A DNA stretch of 64,000 bases from Epithemia pelagica (lineage: Eukaryota; Protista; Bacillariophyta). The translations under genes were made by a program, and so were the position numbers. Under the pieces are notes generated by a model. It saw only the letters and a program-made list of their open reading frames with translations. It was not told the origin of the DNA and ran no database searches. Positions 1-11,012 of the stretch are shown one piece after another (the first letter of the stretch is position 1; each line of letters begins with the position of its first letter). The stretch lies in assembly GCA_946965045.2 (NCBI GenBank), contig OX337230.1, positions 1,364,001 through 1,428,000 on the forward strand, given 5' to 3'.

Positions 1-140
1 TTGCTCTTATTGTTGTTGGATTGCTCATCCCTCTGACTACGGACTATGGAGATGGTGTGTGTAATCCACTGTTGACACAAGGTCGTTGCTGATTGAGATG
101 CGTCATGGTCACAAAACATACAAGAGATTTGAGACAGAAA

Positions 141-1110
141 CTAATTTAAACCGCAGACATCCAAGTTTGTCATTGTCTTGGATTTGACCTTTTGTCGTCG
201 TTCCAGGAACTTTTGGAAACCTTCAAATTCATTGAGCTGCGTATTGGTCATTGCGTTCCCATGAAGATTCAAATCGATCAATGGTGTTTCGGTAAAGAGT
301 ACTTCTGGGATGGGTTGAGGATTCTTTGGAGTAAACACTGTGCTCTTGACTGTAATGGCGTTGTTCTTTAGGGACAGCACTTTGAGCTTTTTCATGTCGC
401 CCATGGTTTCAGGAAGAACCGATATCTTATTCCGGTCCAGCCGCAGTTCTTGAAGGCCAAGAAGCGCCGAAATTGATGGAGGAAGTGTCCAGATTTCGTT
501 ATCCGATAAATCGAGCATTTCCAATTTCACCAAGGTTGGTGCAATCACATGTTGAGGTACAACGACCAAGTGATTATGGGCCAGAGTTAATTGTTTCAGT
601 GAGACTGGTAATGGTGGCACGGAATACGTCAGTGACACGTCTGCTCGGTCCGGAGTCTTTGGTGGTGGTGCCGCCGCTGCTTTGCCCTTTACTCCCTTCC
701 CTGGTGTTGCAACATTTCCAAGCATATTGTTGGCGCATGATAAACTTTGTAATTTGACGAGTTTCGAAATCTCCGATAAGGAACCAGCAAACAGTGCATT
801 TTTGTCCAAATTTAGAGATTTTAATTCTGTGAGAACAGATAAACGACCCAGTGATCTAATTTGGTTGCTGCTGAGATCAAGGGTTCGAATTTTCCTCAGT
901 TCTTCAAAAGTAAAAAGGTCATTTGGGATTGAGTCCAGTCCATGTTCGCTCAAAGAAAGAACACCAAGCTTCTTGGCATTTTCCAATTTCTGTATCAAGT
1001 GTGAGTCGGATGAGCAGCACTCTTTGTCTCTATGTCAACTTAGTGCGAGGTATACTCACCTGAGCTGTTACTTTCTTGCCGGTGTGGTTTTTTGGTTGAG
1101 TGTTTCCCAT
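141..1110 (-). CDS. Leucine-rich repeat protein, LRRC57-like, two exons: join(1110..1060, 989..141), ~299 aa
   Basis: Repeated LxxLxLxxN motifs in ORF 141..998. A GTGAGT...ATACAG intron at 1059..990 joins an upstream exon starting MGNTQPK (possible N-myristoylation) in frame to KLENAKKLGVLSL. Confidence 0.8.
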
Positions 1111-3405
1111 GTTGAAATCTTCTTAGATACCCTGTTGATCTCTGATTGCACGAGCGCCATTGTGCAGGAAAACTGCGCAGTCGCGTTAAAACCGATTGTG
1201 GGACTAAAACGATTCACGACTCGATGGAATCAATGTCTATGTCGCCTCATGAGAGCTAGCATGATCAAAACGACTTCGCATCGAGAATCTCTCAAAGTTC
1301 CCGAAGATAATCATTTAGTGCTGCCAATCTTGCCGTCAAAGGGCTGAGGAAGATGGTCTCGATCATGGCGTGCAAGAGGGATGATGGATGCAGCGCGATC
1401 TAAGCTTCGGGAAGAAACAGATGAATTTCCGCGGGAATCTTTCAATTTCAGGCACTACTTTGCCATGGGCAGAAGACAAACAGTGTTGGTCCACGATGTA
1501 TCTAGTAAACGAACCTGCAGATGTCAGGACATCGATCGACAAATTCAGGCAGAATATTGAGACTGCTCGAGGAACCAACAAGCTCCGCCGGAGTGAACCA
1601 TGAGCATTGAATGGTCGTGTTGACGACTATGGTATCGACTCCGCATTCATTGGCCTGGAAGATCATGCATCATGTCTCTACGCCACCTAGAGCACAATAC
1701 CAGGCAGTTTAGCCTATGTATTGCTTTTGTAGCACATGAAGAGGGTGGTTTGCCTCGTCTCAGAAACCAATGACCAACCTTCCCACTATAGGACGACTTC
1801 ACAAAGTCTTTCGGATGCAGCTTGGTCACTAGCGAGATCGTCCAAAATGGTTGCCAATACATTAAAAGGATCGCCTTGTTCTGTCCCAGTAGTAGACAAG
1901 GCTCGTTCGGCAAGACGAAGCGCGGTCTTACATCCAACCTTTTCTAGTCGTTGGATCAGTAGCTCTGCCATCTTCTGGAAATCCAGTGAGGGAAATGTTT
2001 CCGCAAAGCTGTCATTTAAGAGCTTGGCAACATCACTGGTGTCGTGTAATTGAGGAACAACTGCAGTGAAATTGAGAGGTGGTTAGTTTGTTCCAAGTGC
2101 TCTAGATCGTGGCAAAACTCATTCTGATGTCTTACCAATCGTTTCGTCAAAAAGTTCGTGCAGCTGATTGCAAGCAGCATCGGAGCGCGATGTGGTCGCC
2201 AAAATATGGAGCGACTTTCCACCAGTAGCCCGCTTTTTTGTTTCGAAAGAATTATTACCTGATTTCTGGGTTGACGATGATGCGACCGCCGTTGTTCCTG
2301 GTGGTGACCGAAGTAACGCTCGAAGTGTCGCTAACATGACACTAGAATACCCGCTTGGACCCGATCCCGCGCAAAGTTGATCAACGTCATCTAGGACAAG
2401 AAGGGAATGTGGCATTTCTCGTGCTTCGGCAAACTTTTCCACCAATGCCGCTGCTCTTGTTTCCTCGCCACTGCCGCCATCCGAAAGCAGATCCAAGGAT
2501 GTCACAAACCGGACATAATCAGCAGTTCCTTTGACAGAGACCTCTGAAGCAGCCCATGCCGCCAAGGCAGTTACACCGGCACCTCCATTACCCCCGGCGC
2601 CAACAAGTAGAAGTGACTCAAGTCGGGGAGATTGTGATGCTACGACTGGAGCTGTGAAGCGTTCTAGGTCTCGTACAATTCGTTGCATACCAGACGAGCA
2701 ACGGCTTATTCCCAGAGGAAAACGGGCCTTGAGTACTTCATCGTGGATTCGACCAAAGGCAGGTTGTACCTCACCAAGCGCTTGTTCCAGATCTTTCACA
2801 TCGACAACTCCGTTGTCTGCAGCGTCATCATCCGAGTCATTCTCCAATGATCGACCCAGCGCAAAGCTTGCAGCACTCCGAATCAGTCCTGCCAGTTCAG
2901 CTCCTGAAAAATGTTCCGTTCTAGCTGGTACTCCATCTTCCTCCAAGTTTTCAATCATGTCGACTGCTGTCTGGGACAATCCGCCAGCGTCGCGCATTCT
3001 CCTGGTGTGGATACGAAGAATATCTCGTCGACCCTCCAGATCAGGAAGTTCAATACGCAACTGTACTTCCAAACGACCGGGACGCAACAAGGCGGGGTCC
3101 AAAAGCTCGGGTCGATTCGTCAGACCAACGACCAACACATTGCTGGCTTGTTTGACACCGTCCATTTTGGCAAGTAATTGATTGACAACCGAGTCACGAA
3201 CACCTGTTGTGTCCGATGTCATGGTCCCTCTCTTTCGCGCAATGGCGTCCATTTCATCCAATATGATGATATGCAAGGCGGAATCATCTCCGGCAGCTCG
3301 GTATTCCGCTTCCGCGGGAGCAAAGAGCTCGCGCACCTTTTTCTCTGCTTCGCCAATGTACTTGTCGAGAATTTCGGGACCATTGACAATCTGGGGCTCT
3401 CGTGC

Positions 3406-4188
3406 TGTTAGAATTCTCACCGTCTATGGTGGTTAGATTCTACATCTCATCGATTCCCCATGTCACATAGCCTCGTGCTATCGCATCATGCCCTCTAGCT
3501 TCGAGCTATGTTTCCTAGCTTCGCGCTATATCGACCTATATTTCTTCGCAAATCATGAAAAGTGAGAATAGATTGACGAACTCACTCTCAAGACTAAACT
3601 GGGTCGTGCGGTATTACAACGGACATAAATTTGGCCGTTGCTCGGACATTATACTAACGCCCTAAGCGTACGCGCCCGAAATCATCGAGCGCGCCCAAGC
3701 GACATCCGAGCGCTATCGGCATCTATCCGATCCAACGGTCTAAGTATCCCAAGCACGACACACGATCACGCGAGACCATATTTCCATTCCCACAATCTCC
3801 AAATTGTCAACAAGCTGCGCGCCATGAAAACAACTATGCCAACCCAAAGCAAGAACTGTTGACCCTGTATATGTTATCCGCCCACATATACATGTCATAT
3901 ACATCACATGAATCAACTCCAACTATTCCAAACCTGTTGCCGCCAAGAACCTATGACACATGACCCTTGGCAGGACCGAACATTTCACGTAGACCTATCG
4001 TAGTAATCAACACACAATCTAACAATATCACCATTTATCACATCCTCTTTTGTGTCCCGACTATCCTTCTGATAGACTTCGACTTGCTTGCTTCTCTGAC
4101 CCTGAGAAGCTTGTATCGGTTGGTGACCTACCTGATTGTCTGCTCTACCGAGCATCAATGTCCCTACGATTCAGAAAGAATTGTAACA
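3406..4188 (+). repeat. 5' LTR of element A (783 bp)
   Basis: TGTTAGAATTC...AATTGTAACA, repeated at 11007-11789. Confidence 0.97.
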
Positions 4189-4206
4189 GATTAACAGTCT
4201 CAAAGC
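4189..4206 (+). other. Primer-binding site complementary to a tRNA-Asn(GUU) anticodon arm
   Basis: GATTAACAGTCTCA directly abuts the LTR. Its reverse complement TGAGA-CT-GTT-AA-TC reads as an anticodon stem, a CU-GUU-AA loop and the first two 3' stem bases. Confidence 0.65.
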
Positions 4207-4224
4207 TTATTTCCTTGTGGTTTC

Positions 4225-5004
4225 ATGGATACTAACGAGATTATCACTCCTGTACGACAGATCTATCGAGCCAACCTGCATCCCGGGCAGCCCGATACCC
4301 TGGTGCAGCAGGAACTGGTGCCGACGCCGAAGGCAGCCAACACATCGGTCAACATCTCCGTCGACAGTTCCAACAGCAACCCATTCGAGACTCCAACCCA
4401 GCCTCACGCTCCGATCCCTGCGCCGTTGCTTCGGCCCCCGAGTCCGCCTCGTCGGCTCGTCCCTTCTCGATCCCGTCGTACCACCCGGTTGATTGCTGAT
4501 CATATCAAGTACTTCCGCCAACCAACTTGTTCGACCTTCGATCCCGAGATCATCCGTGGGGAGACCCAGATCGAACGCCAGTTCCAATCGGTGACCCACA
4601 TCGTCGACCAAGAAGACATTGACCGTCTGAACGACCAACTTCACCGCTCTCCGAGGCGTCGCCTCATCTTTGCCGCCCTCTCGGGCAACCCCATCCGTAC
4701 TGTCCACCTCCGCTTCCTAACCTTCGAGCGCCCAACTGGATACTACAATACCATCTACGTCGTGAACGCGACGACTTGCCCTCTGCCTCCTAACGTTGTA
4801 CGCCTAGATAACTACGTTGCCTACATCCACGAGGTCCATACCATCGAGGACCATCGTGCAACTATCTACCCTTTGCGTACCGAGGTCGAGAACCACCTGG
4901 CTGAAGGTGATACCCCTTCTTCTGTTGCTTGTGCTGCCCCATCTGAGCCTGGAAGCGACTCTGATCATTCGGAAGAGGGTGAGGATTCAGAGACCGAAGC
5001 TTAA
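4225..5004 (+). CDS. Extra retrotransposon ORF upstream of gag (259 aa, unknown function)
   Basis: Open ORF between PBS and gag. Conserved at the same length in the sister element at 58295..59074. Confidence 0.75.
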   Translation: MDTNEIITPVRQIYRANLHPGQPDTLVQQELVPTPKAANTSVNISVDSSNSNPFETPTQPHAPIPAPLLRPPSPPRRLVPSRSRRTTRLIADHIKYFRQPTCSTFDPEIIRGETQIERQFQSVTHIVDQEDIDRLNDQLHRSPRRRLIFAALSGNPIRTVHLRFLTFERPTGYYNTIYVVNATTCPLPPNVVRLDNYVAYIHEVHTIEDHRATIYPLRTEVENHLAEGDTPSSVACAAPSEPGSDSDHSEEGEDSETEA

Positions 5005-5324
5005 TTACTCATAGTTAACTCCCGTCCTCTCAAAACCTTTCCAAGACTTAAACTCAACGCACATCCGGGTACCCTTGGTCGCACAACACGCCACACATTC
5101 CCGTCAAATCGCGAAAATTCGGCGAAAATTTGTTGAAACTCGGCGAAAATTTGTCGAAATCAACGGAAATTTCCAGGAGTCGCACATCACAACACACATC
5201 CGGGTATTACATACGTGGTACATACGTGGCACACGTGGTACATCCGGGTTCACATCACATCACACATTAAATAAACCACATCACACCGCACATTAAATAA
5301 ACATCGAACCAACCAAATAACACC
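5005..5324 (+). promoter_or_regulatory. Inter-ORF spacer with repeated motifs
   Basis: ACATCCGGGT x3, ACGTGG x3, CGGCGAAAATTTGT x2 and CACATTAAATAAAC x2 ahead of the gag ATG. Function inferred only. Confidence 0.4.
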
Positions 5325-8300
5325 ATGGATCCTCAATCACCCAAGACACCTACGACTCCTAAGGGAGAAGATAACCAAGACAATGTCTCGGACACAGACC
5401 TATTCGACCACATCATATTTACTGTCTGCCAATTCTTTACCAAAGAAAGGGCTGACTACTTAATGAAGTGGATGAAATACCATGGTTTTGAGAACATTAC
5501 CCATGTTATCTCGTATATGCAAACTAATACTGAGGAATCCATGAAGGAACTGACACAATACAAGGTCAACAAACAGACACATGATCTACAAGGCCCCACA
5601 AGACAGCAGATCAAGCTCTTGGCTTATTGGGCCACATACAAGACCAATGAAATTCAAGACGAGCTATCCAATAGCGACTGGATGAACCTAACGAGGAAAG
5701 AGTTCAACACTTGGAGGATCAACACAGATTTCTCTAAGGGACCACCTAGTCAAGTCCCAGTCTCGCCAATGAAGTCACCGTCATCTGTGAAATCTGTCAG
5801 CACAGTTACTGCCGCATCCCAATCTCAACAAGACCTTACAGCATTCAGAAAGGGAACTAAGCGCGACGCAACTGCATACGAGGTATTCAAGGATGAACGA
5901 TACTACGATTCATTCTGGCGTGTATTCAAGACTACAGCTAAGGCTCAAGGCCTATCCAACGTCCTGAATTTCAAATACACACCACCCCATGATGATGAGT
6001 ATGCCGAAGAACTTTTTCAAGAGCAACAAGTATTTCTTTACTCCGTTCTTGTCCGTATCATTCAGACTGACCAAGGTCGAGCCTATGTACGTGAACATGA
6101 ACATGATGAAGATGCGCGTGCCGTATTGCAGAAGTTACACTCTTTGCATACCGAATCCGACCTAGCAAAGCGAGAAGTCCTCCGCTTAACCAACTACATT
6201 TCCAATCTACGTCTTGACGACACATGGCGCGGAACAACACGTCAATTTCTTCTACACTTTCAAGAGCAGCTACGTTTGCTAGACAATTTAGTGACATTGT
6301 CTGATCGCATCCCTGATCATACCAGGATGACCTTCCTCATGCAAGCTGTAGAAAAGGTACCTGATCTCCGCCGAGTCAAGATCTTGGATAATGTGGTGAA
6401 CACCAAATCCGGTGCAAAATCCCTTTGCTATCAATCATACTTCCGTCTCCTTCTAGACGCAGCTTATGACCATGATCAAGCAACCCAGTCATCTGTTCAT
6501 AGTCGCCGTCGACATGTCAAACAACATGAATCACTATATGGCCAAGATACAGATGCTGACATAACCTCACAAGATGATATGGAGTATCATGTCCACAACA
6601 CCAAAGCGGCATCTGAATCTCCATCCTCTTCGTCCAAGGTTAGTCTACCGCGTGACCTATGGTTCAAACTTTCTGAAGAAGATCGCAAGTTGATCATTGA
6701 GTATAACAAGATGATTCAAGCACCTTCATCAACAACACCGAGGACAGTGCAAACACATGCCCTCGACATTGATCCGGAACCTGATCCTGACCCCAACCAA
6801 GTTGCATCTGATGACGACTCACCTGGCGTAGTCCCTGAGCATTCAGATGATTCAGATCCGGTTACACAATTTATCAACCAAGCCATGACGACTGATATCA
6901 ATCACCCGGCAACTGACCTGACTAGTGTTCTTTCTAACGCCAAGTCCAAGACAAGCAAGAAGGTTACTTTCAAAGCCAACATGCATAAACAAGCAGGACA
7001 TGTCCCACGCTATCTGTTTTCCAGGAAATCTACTTTACCAGGGAATCAATTGATTGACCGTGGTGCTAATGGAGGACTTGCTGGTTCTGACATGCGCATC
7101 CTTTCTAAGACTGGCCGTCATATCACTATTGTGGGTATTGATAACCATGAACTTACTGGGCTTCCTGTCGTCACATGTGCCGCAAAGTTTGAGACCAATG
7201 ATGGACCTATTGTCGGCATCTTCAATGAATATGCTTATTATGGGAAGGGCTTATCTATCCATGCTCCTGGTCAATTCGAGCATTTCGGACTTGCTGTTGA
7301 TGAACGATCTGTTAAAGTTGATGGTAAACAACGCATCACTACACTTGATGGTCGTGCCATACCCCTTCACATCAAGGATGGGTTAGCCTACATCCACTCC
7401 TTGGGTATCCCCAGCGACGATGACATGGATACCTTACCTCAGATCATCTTCACGTCACCCGACACATGGGATCCTGGTGTTCTGGACCATTCGTATTCTC
7501 CCACACCCTCTGACAATGATCCTGATTGGAAACACGTCAAGACTGATGGTAGTATGTCGAACCATCCATATGACAACTATGGGGAGTACACTGATCGTGT
7601 TGTTTGTAACCTCAATCTCCTTTTGGATCTCCCATATGATCATGGACCTGACGACGCACCCTTCCTTTCTATCTATGCTGACGCAGAAGGTAATGATCCT
7701 ACACTTCATGCCTCTGTCCACCGTCGTTACCAGGAAGCGTATGACTGGAAGAAGTTCCGTCCATTCTTTGGTTGGCAATCTGAAGATGTTATTGCCGATA
7801 CGTTCAAGCACACTACACGTAATGGTAGCATTACTTTTGACCACGACACCCTCAAGAAACATTTCAAGGCTCGCAATCCGGTCCTTAATATACCTCGACG
7901 TCATGAACCCGTTGCTACTGACTCGGTTTTCTCCGACACCCCTGCTGTTGACCATGGCGGTAAAGTCGCACAAATTTTTGTTGGTCGAGATACTCTGGTT
8001 ACTGATATCTATGGGATCAAGTCGACCAAACAGTTTGTCAATACTCTCCAGGATAACATCCGGTTTCGTGGTGCCATGGAGACCCTTATCAGTGATGGTG
8101 GTTCATCTCTCATCTCTCAAAAGGTCAAAGACATTCTTCGCACTTTGCTTATTGGGGAGTATCGATCTGAACCTTATCATCAACACCAGAATAAGGCTGA
8201 AAACCGTTATCAGACCGTTAAACGTATGACCAACGCTCTCATGAATGCCACTGGTTGCCCTGCCAACACCTGGCTTCTTTGCCTTGAGTATGTCTGTGAC

Positions 8301-11012
8301 TTATTGAACCATACGTCATCACCCACCCACTCCGGTCGCACTCCTCTTGAGGCTCTCTCCGGACGCCCACCCGACATTACTCATCTCTTGTTCTTTCCTT
8401 TCTGGGATGAGGTTTACTATCGTGTCGACCCCGCTGAACCCAATTCCGGTTCATATCCATCTTCTTCTGATGAGAAACTTGGCCACTGGGTTGGTTTTGC
8501 TCACAACGTTGGTGATTCTTTTACTTGGAAGATTCTCACCCAGGATAACCAGATCATCTACCGTTCTGCCGTTCGCCGTGTTGAATCCACTACACCTAAC
8601 CTACGTGTGGATCGACCTTCAGGGGAGGATTCGTCTGACAAGGATGACAATGATAAGCAAGCTGACACTGTCTTCATTCGCAGTGATAGTGAAGATCCAT
8701 CCAAACCAATGCCCACGATCGATTTTGACGACATGATAGGACGCACATTCCTATGCGACACAGAAGAAAATGGGGAGCGACACCGTGCACGTGTCATCAA
8801 ACGAGTCATTGATCTTAATGAAGAAGCAACGAAACAGGAAGAACGTGTCAAGTATATCTACCGAAAGACAAATTCTGATGTTGATGAGATGATATCCTAT
8901 AATCAACTCATGGAGTATATCGAACGAGATAACCAAGCTCAAACCTCTGGAGATAATCTTTTCAGGTTCAGGGACGTCATTGCCCATCAAGGCCCACTGA
9001 ACACAACTGATCCAGATTACAAGGGGAGCAAATATAATTTGCTTGTTGATTGGGAAACTGGGGAGACTACCTATGAACCTTTATCACTCATCGCCAATGA
9101 TGATCCGATCACTGTAGCAATTTATGGAAAGAAACATGATTTACTCAACGAACCTGGATGGAAGCATTTGAAACGTTATGTCAAAACAAGCAAACGTCTC
9201 ATTCGAGCAGCCAAACAGTCAAGGATTAAACAAGTTCACCATTCCGTCAAGTATAAGTTTGGATTCCAAGTACCACGCAATTATGAGGAAGCTGTCACTC
9301 TTGATAAACAACATGGCAACACAAAGTGGCAAGATGCAACAGAATTAGAATTGTCACAGATCCAGTCCTACAAGACATTCAAGGATTTTGGGAAAGCCAT
9401 CTTCATTAAAGGGAAAGTATCCAATGCACCTGAAGGATATCATAAGATACGTGTACATCTTGTCTTTGACGTAAAACATGATGGACGACATAAAGCAAGA
9501 CTTGTCGCAGATGGACATCTCACAAAAGAACCTGTTGAGACAATCTATTCAGGTGTTGTTTCCATTCGCAACCTCCGCATTGCCTTATTCCTGGGTACTT
9601 TGAATGACTTGGAAATATGGGGAGCAGATATTGGAAATGCATATCTGGAAGCCTTGACAGGGGAGAAAATTTTCATTGTCGCAGGACCTGAATTCAAGGA
9701 ATTAGAAGGTCACATCCTGATTATATACAAGGCACTTTATGGATTGAAGTCATCAGGCGCACGCTGGCATGATGTCTTATTCGATGTTTTGACAGACATG
9801 GGATTTTCACCAAGCAAAGCAGATCCGGATATCTGGATGAGGAAAGCACCTGGAGAAGACTGTTACGAATACATTGCCGTATACGTTGATGACTTAGCCA
9901 TTATTTCTACTGATCCTGGGAATATCTGCAAGATCCTGAAGGAGAAATACAACTTCAAACTCAAAGGAGATGGACCTATTGATTTCCATTTGGGATGTTG
10001 TTACACCAAGGATTCTGATGGAACATTCGTAGCAGATCCAAGACGCTACATTGGTAAGATGATGGACACTTTCGAACGAATCTTCAAGGAGAAACCCAAG
10101 AAAGCCAAAACACCTATTATTGGTGGAGACCATCCTGAATTGGATGATTCTGAGCTCCTTGATGAAGAAGGTACTAGCCATTTCCAAACTCTGATTGGAC
10201 AACTCCAATGGGTGATCACTATTGGTCGTTTCGACGTCTTCACCGCTACAATGACGCTATCACGCTTTCGTGCTGCTCCGAGGAAAGGACATCTTGATAG
10301 AGCCAAGCGTATCTATGGATACCTTGCACATCTCCCAGAAGGCGCAATCAGATTTAGGATTGGAGAGCCTGATTATTCAAGTCTTCCTACCCAAGAATTT
10401 GATTGGACTCGCACTGTCTATTCGAATGCAAGTGAACGTATTCCTGAAGACTGCCCAACACCTCTTGGCCGCTATGTTACCACAACTCATTATGTTGATG
10501 CCAATCTCATGCATGACATAGTCACTGGTAAATCCGTCACTGCTGTTCTACATTTGTTGAACGGAACACCTATTGACTGGTACAGCAAGAGACAGAGCAC
10601 GGTGGAAACTGCTACCTATGGATCCGAGTTTGTGGCTGCAAGGACAGCAATAGATCAGATTACAGAATTACGACATTCTCTCCGCTACCTTGGAGTACCT
10701 ATCCGAGAGCGAAGTTACTTGTACGGAGATAACAGATCTGTTGTGCTCAATGCAACCGTTCCTCACTCCATACTATCCAAGAGACACCATCTTCTGTCAT
10801 ACCACCGAGTTCGTGAAGCCATCGCAGCAAAGTATGTTGCATTCTACTGGAAAGATGGAAAGACCAACCCTGCCGATATCCTTAGCAAACATTGGGATTT
10901 CGTATCTATTTGGCCCATGCTCAAGCCATTGTTGTTTTGGAAAGGAGAAGTTCAAGATCTCAACAAATCCAATGATGACAAGGCTGAAACGACGAGTTGT
11001 GGGGAGTGTTAG
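5325..11012 (+). CDS. Copia Gag-Pol polyprotein (1895 aa) with chromodomain-like segment after integrase
   Basis: Protease LIDRGANGG; integrase VATDSVF / ISDGG / AENRY; RT KARLVADGH, LYGLKSSG, YVDD; RNase H YVDANL, YGDNRSV, NPADILSK. The stop codon falls in the first 6 nt of the 3' LTR. Confidence 0.96.
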   Translation: MDPQSPKTPTTPKGEDNQDNVSDTDLFDHIIFTVCQFFTKERADYLMKWMKYHGFENITHVISYMQTNTEESMKELTQYKVNKQTHDLQGPTRQQIKLLAYWATYKTNEIQDELSNSDWMNLTRKEFNTWRINTDFSKGPPSQVPVSPMKSPSSVKSVSTVTAASQSQQDLTAFRKGTKRDATAYEVFKDERYYDSFWRVFKTTAKAQGLSNVLNFKYTPPHDDEYAEELFQEQQVFLYSVLVRIIQTDQGRAYVREHEHDEDARAVLQKLHSLHTESDLAKREVLRLTNYISNLRLDDTWRGTTRQFLLHFQEQLRLLDNLVTLSDRIPDHTRMTFLMQAVEKVPDLRRVKILDNVVNTKSGAKSLCYQSYFRLLLDAAYDHDQATQSSVHSRRRHVKQHESLYGQDTDADITSQDDMEYHVHNTKAASESPSSSSKVSLPRDLWFKLSEEDRKLIIEYNKMIQAPSSTTPRTVQTHALDIDPEPDPDPNQVASDDDSPGVVPEHSDDSDPVTQFINQAMTTDINHPATDLTSVLSNAKSKTSKKVTFKANMHKQAGHVPRYLFSRKSTLPGNQLIDRGANGGLAGSDMRILSKTGRHITIVGIDNHELTGLPVVTCAAKFETNDGPIVGIFNEYAYYGKGLSIHAPGQFEHFGLAVDERSVKVDGKQRITTLDGRAIPLHIKDGLAYIHSLGIPSDDDMDTLPQIIFTSPDTWDPGVLDHSYSPTPSDNDPDWKHVKTDGSMSNHPYDNYGEYTDRVVCNLNLLLDLPYDHGPDDAPFLSIYADAEGNDPTLHASVHRRYQEAYDWKKFRPFFGWQSEDVIADTFKHTTRNGSITFDHDTLKKHFKARNPVLNIPRRHEPVATDSVFSDTPAVDHGGKVAQIFVGRDTLVTDIYGIKSTKQFVNTLQDNIRFRGAMETLISDGGSSLISQKVKDILRTLLIGEYRSEPYHQHQNKAENRYQTVKRMTNALMNATGCPANTWLLCLEYVCDLLNHTSSPTHSGRTPLEALSGRPPDITHLLFFPFWDEVYYRVDPAEPNSGSYPSSSDEKLGHWVGFAHNVGDSFTWKILTQDNQIIYRSAVRRVESTTPNLRVDRPSGEDSSDKDDNDKQADTVFIRSDSEDPSKPMPTIDFDDMIGRTFLCDTEENGERHRARVIKRVIDLNEEATKQEERVKYIYRKTNSDVDEMISYNQLMEYIERDNQAQTSGDNLFRFRDVIAHQGPLNTTDPDYKGSKYNLLVDWETGETTYEPLSLIANDDPITVAIYGKKHDLLNEPGWKHLKRYVKTSKRLIRAAKQSRIKQVHHSVKYKFGFQVPRNYEEAVTLDKQHGNTKWQDATELELSQIQSYKTFKDFGKAIFIKGKVSNAPEGYHKIRVHLVFDVKHDGRHKARLVADGHLTKEPVETIYSGVVSIRNLRIALFLGTLNDLEIWGADIGNAYLEALTGEKIFIVAGPEFKELEGHILIIYKALYGLKSSGARWHDVLFDVLTDMGFSPSKADPDIWMRKAPGEDCYEYIAVYVDDLAIISTDPGNICKILKEKYNFKLKGDGPIDFHLGCCYTKDSDGTFVADPRRYIGKMMDTFERIFKEKPKKAKTPIIGGDHPELDDSELLDEEGTSHFQTLIGQLQWVITIGRFDVFTATMTLSRFRAAPRKGHLDRAKRIYGYLAHLPEGAIRFRIGEPDYSSLPTQEFDWTRTVYSNASERIPEDCPTPLGRYVTTTHYVDANLMHDIVTGKSVTAVLHLLNGTPIDWYSKRQSTVETATYGSEFVAARTAIDQITELRHSLRYLGVPIRERSYLYGDNRSVVLNATVPHSILSKRHHLLSYHRVREAIAAKYVAFYWKDGKTNPADILSKHWDFVSIWPMLKPLLFWKGEVQDLNKSNDDKAETTSCGEC
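10994..11006 (+). other. Polypurine tract of element A
   Basis: GAGTTGTGGGGAG immediately before the 3' LTR. Confidence 0.7.

Noticed and set aside
1363-1937. Short overlapping ORFs between the LRR gene and the ATPase 3' end
   Set aside because: No motifs. The only supported coding part is the ATPase last exon (2060..1786).
2119-3420. 433-aa AAA ATPase as a stand-alone gene starting MRILT
   Set aside because: The first residues come from the LTR end. It is the 3' half of the gene split by element A.
3638-4235. Small ORFs inside the LTRs (repeated at 11239-11876, 52469-52753, 59378-59662)
   Set aside because: Short, non-ATG or overlapping, with no recognisable motif. They recur only because the LTR is repeated.
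4207-4707. Antisense 166-aa ORF as a second accessory gene
   Set aside because: It is a shadow of the sense ORF and its length differs in element C (145 aa).
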